A DNA stretch of 63,686 nucleotides, the filler included, from Neoconidiobolus thromboides FSU 785 (lineage: Eukaryota; Fungi; Entomophthoromycota), in assembly GCA_025603075.1 (NCBI GenBank). It is 4 parts of 4 records of this genome, joined end to end, with 100 filler letters (N's around TTAATTAATTAA, not from the genome) between each part and the next. Parts side by side here need not be neighbours in the genome. Positions count along the whole stretch, not along the records: positions 30,548 to 61,973 come from MU626480.1; positions 62,074 to 63,686 come from MU626940.1; 2 more parts are not named here. The stretch is one strand, 5' to 3'. Position numbers and translations under genes: made by a program. Below the pieces are notes generated by a model, which saw only the letters and a list, made by a program, of their open reading frames with translations, did no database searches and was not told where the DNA came from. The number at the start of each line of letters is the position of its first letter. The first letter of the stretch is position 1. Below are positions 59,745 through 63,686 of the stretch, piece by piece.

Positions 59745-60434
59745 ATGAACAACACCAACCTCGAAATCATTCAAAAAGTGGAAATTTTAGTTCAAGATTA
59801 TATGAAGAAATATGATCCTTCTCATGATTGGCTCCATGTAACTAGAGTGCGTCAAATAGCTTTAAACTTAGCTGTTGAATATCCCAATTTAGATCTAGAA
59901 CTAATAGAATTAGGCTCATTACTACATGACATCAGCGATGCTAAATATGTTTCTAAAGAAAATGCTATAGATATTGAAAGTGTCTTAATTAGCTTCGGAT
60001 TAGACAGTAATAAAGCAATCAAAGTAGCTAATTTAGTTTCCTGTGTAGGTTATCGTAAAGAATTACAGTATCAATCGAGTGGGATTCGAGATGATTTTAG
60101 AGAAACTTGTATAGAATTACATTGTGTTCAAGATGCAGATAAATTAGATGCAATTGGTGCCATTGGTATCTTAAGGTGTGCCGCGTTCTCCGGTGCTAAA
60201 GATATTCCATTATATGATCAAAGTAAAGATCAAATATATAAAAGTATTGAGTTTGAAAAGGAGGTGGAGGTAACTGGTACTGCAATTTCTCACTTTTATG
60301 ATAAATTGTTGAAGTTGAGGAATGGCATGCGTACAAAGAAAGGAATTAAATTAGCAGAGAAGAGACATAATACGATGTTATCTTTCCTCGAGTGCTTGCA
60401 TCAGGAACAATGTGAGGTTGAAATGGGGAATTGA
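59745..60434 (+). CDS. HD-domain phosphohydrolase (YedJ/YpgQ-like)
   Basis: SHDWLHVTRV, LLHDISDAKY, VQDADKLDAIGAIGI, HFYDKLLKL..M-T--G--LAEKRH. Confidence 0.92.
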   Translation: MNNTNLEIIQKVEILVQDYMKKYDPSHDWLHVTRVRQIALNLAVEYPNLDLELIELGSLLHDISDAKYVSKENAIDIESVLISFGLDSNKAIKVANLVSCVGYRKELQYQSSGIRDDFRETCIELHCVQDADKLDAIGAIGILRCAAFSGAKDIPLYDQSKDQIYKSIEFEKEVEVTGTAISHFYDKLLKLRNGMRTKKGIKLAEKRHNTMLSFLECLHQEQCEVEMGN

Positions 60435-60968
60435 ATTGGTTCAATTACGAGTTCGATCGGTTTTTATTGGCTTTTGAAGGAATAAAAAATCGCTTATTTT
60501 ATAGCAAATTTTATTTTAAATATTTAATTTTAAAATACATAAATTTTTTTATTTTAAAAATAATTTATGAAATTGAAAATTGTATAATATAATACAATTT
60601 ATAGTAAATTTTTAAAACAGCTTCTTTTTTTTGCTTTTAAATAATTTTATTATAAAATTTTCTAAACTTTTTGACAATTATTCATATAATGTAAATATTA
60701 AATAACCTATTATCTTTTACAGTCTTTTAACTTCCATCTGATAAACTTCATTTAATTTTAACTTATTAAAAATTAATACTTAAAAATGCTTGTTTTATTT
60801 GATTTAACTATAAATTATTAAATAACTATTGTTGTTGTGTAAAAAATATAGAATAAAAATTATTTAAAAAAAAGACTTAAATCGAACATTCCAAATAATA
60901 ACAACATCAAATAAAATACTGATTGAATTTTTTATTAGACTATATTATAACTCTAAAAAAATTGTGAG

Positions 60969-61973
60969 CTACCAAAAGGCACGCCAACCAATGTAGCATT
61001 GACAAAGATTTTCTAATGAAGTGGCTTGAAGTATAAGTTTTTGAACCTGCTGAGGTACATCCAAGGTAGTATTAGGATTAAAGTCACGACCTGAAAGTTT
61101 GTTATTAACTCTATTGATAACTGTAACAGCCCTTTGATTTAAATTCTCAGACTTGTTTGTTTTATCATCATTAAGGTTATCATCATTTTTCCTAGATGTT
61201 GTGTTTTTCCTAGACAAAGTACTTGGTCTTTCCTCAGCACCTGAGTTTCTATTTCTTCCCTCTGGCTTAGGGCTTGGATGGGTTAATAATCTCCAATTGA
61301 TCAATGGATCATAAACAAAAGCCTCCAACACCGCCATTAAGCTCTCCTTATTCTCTCTTAATACTCGCATCACATTCTCACATGTAATACGGAAGGTACC
61401 TTCAATACCACTCACTTCCATTGCGTTGGTCAACATACGTGTAAGTCTAAATGGAATCTTTTCTGGAAATTTATCACGATGCATAGCTACTTCAAAACAA
61501 TCCCCAAAATCAATATGGTTTACTTTACCAGAGAATCGATGTAACATTAAATTGGAAGGATGACGATCACCCAATCCCAAAATATAACCTACCATTGACA
61601 TCAAAGCAAGTGAGCGTGTATAATTAGTTCTACGATCCAACCAAGCTTCCGAGTTTTGACTCTTAAGCCATAAAACGCGGTATAAATCCTGACCTGTGGT
61701 ATTGTCAAGTGCAAACTCAAACACTTCAACCTTTTGAAGTAATGCTAAATTGTCATAGTCAGGTGCCATTTGAAGCATAAGTCGGTGCTCAATGTCAAGT
61801 AATATCTTGCGACTTTCTCTATAATCTCCAATCAATGAATGTAAAGTATCACAGTGTGGTAACCAACCAATCAAACCAGAATTTGGTGAAAGTGGAATGA
61901 CTGGATATCTTTCGATACTAAGTCTTCTTTTAAATGTTTCCGAATCTGATGAAAGCAAGGTATTAACTAATCC
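60969..61973 (-). CDS. TOR: Second TOR kinase C-terminus (kinase + FATC), inverted near-identical copy of 31444-32448
   Basis: 1005 bp with 3 differences by hand comparison; 5' end runs into the gap. Confidence 0.93.
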   Translation of the reverse strand, partial: GLVNTLLSSDSETFKRRLSIERYPVIPLSPNSGLIGWLPHCDTLHSLIGDYRESRKILLDIEHRLMLQMAPDYDNLALLQKVEVFEFALDNTTGQDLYRVLWLKSQNSEAWLDRRTNYTRSLALMSMVGYILGLGDRHPSNLMLHRFSGKVNHIDFGDCFEVAMHRDKFPEKIPFRLTRMLTNAMEVSGIEGTFRITCENVMRVLRENKESLMAVLEAFVYDPLINWRLLTHPSPKPEGRNRNSGAEERPSTLSRKNTTSRKNDDNLNDDKTNKSENLNQRAVTVINRVNNKLSGRDFNPNTTLDVPQQVQKLILQATSLENLCQCYIGWRAFW

Positions 61974-62073
61974 NNNNNNNNNNNNNNNNNNNNNNNNNNN
62001 NNNNNNNNNNNNNNNNNTTAATTAATTAANNNNNNNNNNNNNNNNNNNNNNNNNNNNNNNNNNNNNNNNNNNN
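61974..62073. other. Assembly gap with linker
   Basis: N-TTAATTAATTAA-N. Confidence 0.97.
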
Positions 62074-63588
62074 ATGTTATAGTAAAAGTTGATGATCTTG
62101 TCAGTTCATATTCCAGAGCTTGACATGGAGATGTGTGCCATCTGACAGCTTTAAAGAAAATAAGCTAATCAAAAAACCAGTTTATCATTTAGTGTTGTTT
62201 TTCAAAATTGCCAAATGATTCCATTTAATAAACCTTAACACTTTTTACGCTCAGTGAGGCCATACCCTTCCTCCCTTGGTGGAATGTTTTCGTACAAGTA
62301 TTAGTATCAGACTACATTTAGAACTGGATCATATTATTACTTACGAGTTGCTACAAAGATTTTTAAACTTTGAAACTACAACTCACTGCCCAACACCAAA
62401 TATACAAACCATTCATCAGTTAAATTGCATTTAATTACACCAATGGGTAATTATAGATTAGATAAAAAAGCGTATTACCATATTAAAGCGAATAGCCTAA
62501 CTTGCAGCTAGAAAGATTATTATGATTATATTAAAATAGATGTATTATTAGAAGGATAAATGTGTTTGATAGCTCACTATTAATAACTTTGTATTATTAT
62601 TAAAGAGTTCTTGTGTGTTCAATAACTCTAAAGACTTTAGAGAGCTTTCTGAAAAGATAAACATCACCAACTAAACTCTTTAAAAAACTATAAACTTTAT
62701 TAAAAAAGCGAATTACAATAAATCAGCTGCTTGTTTGAAACAAGTATCTGTAAAAAAACCAAAAAAAGATATTAACTACCTATTATTTTATAGGCACGAT
62801 TAGCTCCAAGTAAATATTATCATTAATTTTATAGCATTATGTAAATTGTTTTAACTAAAAAACACATTGGGGTAAAACCCGCCATATAGTACTGAGTAGA
62901 TACATCAATTACATCTAAATTAGTACCTGTCCTTTAATACATGTAAATTTAGAATCTTTTAATTATAGAAAATAAGCTTTTATTGCATTACTTAATAAAA
63001 AATCATAATACAATTAAAGGGTAGCCGCTTTTCAAAATTCAATGTATCCAAACACATAACATACAAGCATCTTGAAGATTATTTATCATATTATAATGTT
63101 TACCTTAAATCATAACCCTATGTATAACTTTGCTTAAATGGCTATACTATTTATCGTAATATTGTGGCCATCAAAAGCTTTGATAAAAACACTTATACTA
63201 TTTCCAAATCAAATAAGCAATTAGATGCATAATATGTATATTTAAGTTATGGCCTTAATGAGTTTTCTTATACTGAATTTTACTGCAATTAGTCATCTGA
63301 AGTCTCTTTATTTATTTTTATTATTGGCCAATAAAATATTTAGATGAAAGCTTTTGGAAGTTCGAAAAAAGTTAGTGGATCTTTGACTATAATTACCTTA
63401 TGTAATGATGTTTGTTATGAAACTATTTAGTTAAACTAAATAAAATAGAAGTAAATTTATTCAATTTATTTTAATAAATTCTTTTATACAATGTAATGAC
63501 AAAGGATTTGTTGGAAACTTGATATTTATTTTGACTAAGAGATAAAGTTATAAAAAGATGAAAATAATTTTAATGACAATAAAAGAAC

Positions 63589-63686
63589 AATTGGGGCTGT
63601 TTTTTTTGGTTTCATTACTTTTTCCATTTTTCAAGCGCTATTTGAGTGGAAAGATTGTAGCAAAATTCTTAAACATAAAAATATAT
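63589..63686 (-). mobile_element. MITE copy 23, truncated by window end
   Basis: AATT-GGGGCTG followed by full core tttcattactttttccatttttcaagcgctatttgagtggaaag. Confidence 0.9.

Noticed and set aside
59745-60434. HD hydrolase as a horizontal transfer because it is intronless and YedJ-like
   Set aside because: This family is widespread in fungi, and other clearly native genes here (SulP, TOR 3' part) are also intronless.
62074-63560. Coding-like decayed sequence after the last gap
   Set aside because: All frames examined are interrupted, with no recognisable RT, integrase or transposase motif; not TOR-related.

Overview
AT-rich eukaryotic (fungal) draft-assembly window with ~50-60 nt GT-AG introns and three artificial gaps (N-TTAATTAATTAA-N at 21801-21900, 30448-30547, 61974-62073). 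Base composition, tiny introns, an INTS3 gene and many F-box/LRR relics suggest an early-diverging fungus such as Conidiobolus/Entomophthoromycotina; this is inference and not verifiable here. Conserved genes (Cyp40/CPR6, HGH1, EMI1, CYT1, Gfd2-like exonuclease, RluA pseudouridine synthase, TOR, SulP, INTS3, ARPC1/ARC40, Zn2Cys6 TF, HD hydrolase) alternate with gene-poor tracts of decayed paralogs (HSL hydrolase, tyrosinase, F-box/LRR, Cys-rich secreted protein). Main observations: (1) 23 copies of a ~100-bp foldback MITE (GGGG...CCCC) whose 4-bp TSD is shown by non-palindromic direct repeats; (2) a 6-exon, 631-aa transmembrane Aurora/CAMK-like pseudokinase (HRN, DFN, no Gly loop) that the ORF track splits into pieces; (3) two inverted TOR 3' ends, 99.7% identical in CDS but with diverged colinear 3' flanks; (4) a RIP-like CpA->TpA signature in pseudogenes; (5) a hAT-derived BED-finger gene and a bacterial-looking GNAT. 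All alignments, counts and splice models were done by hand.
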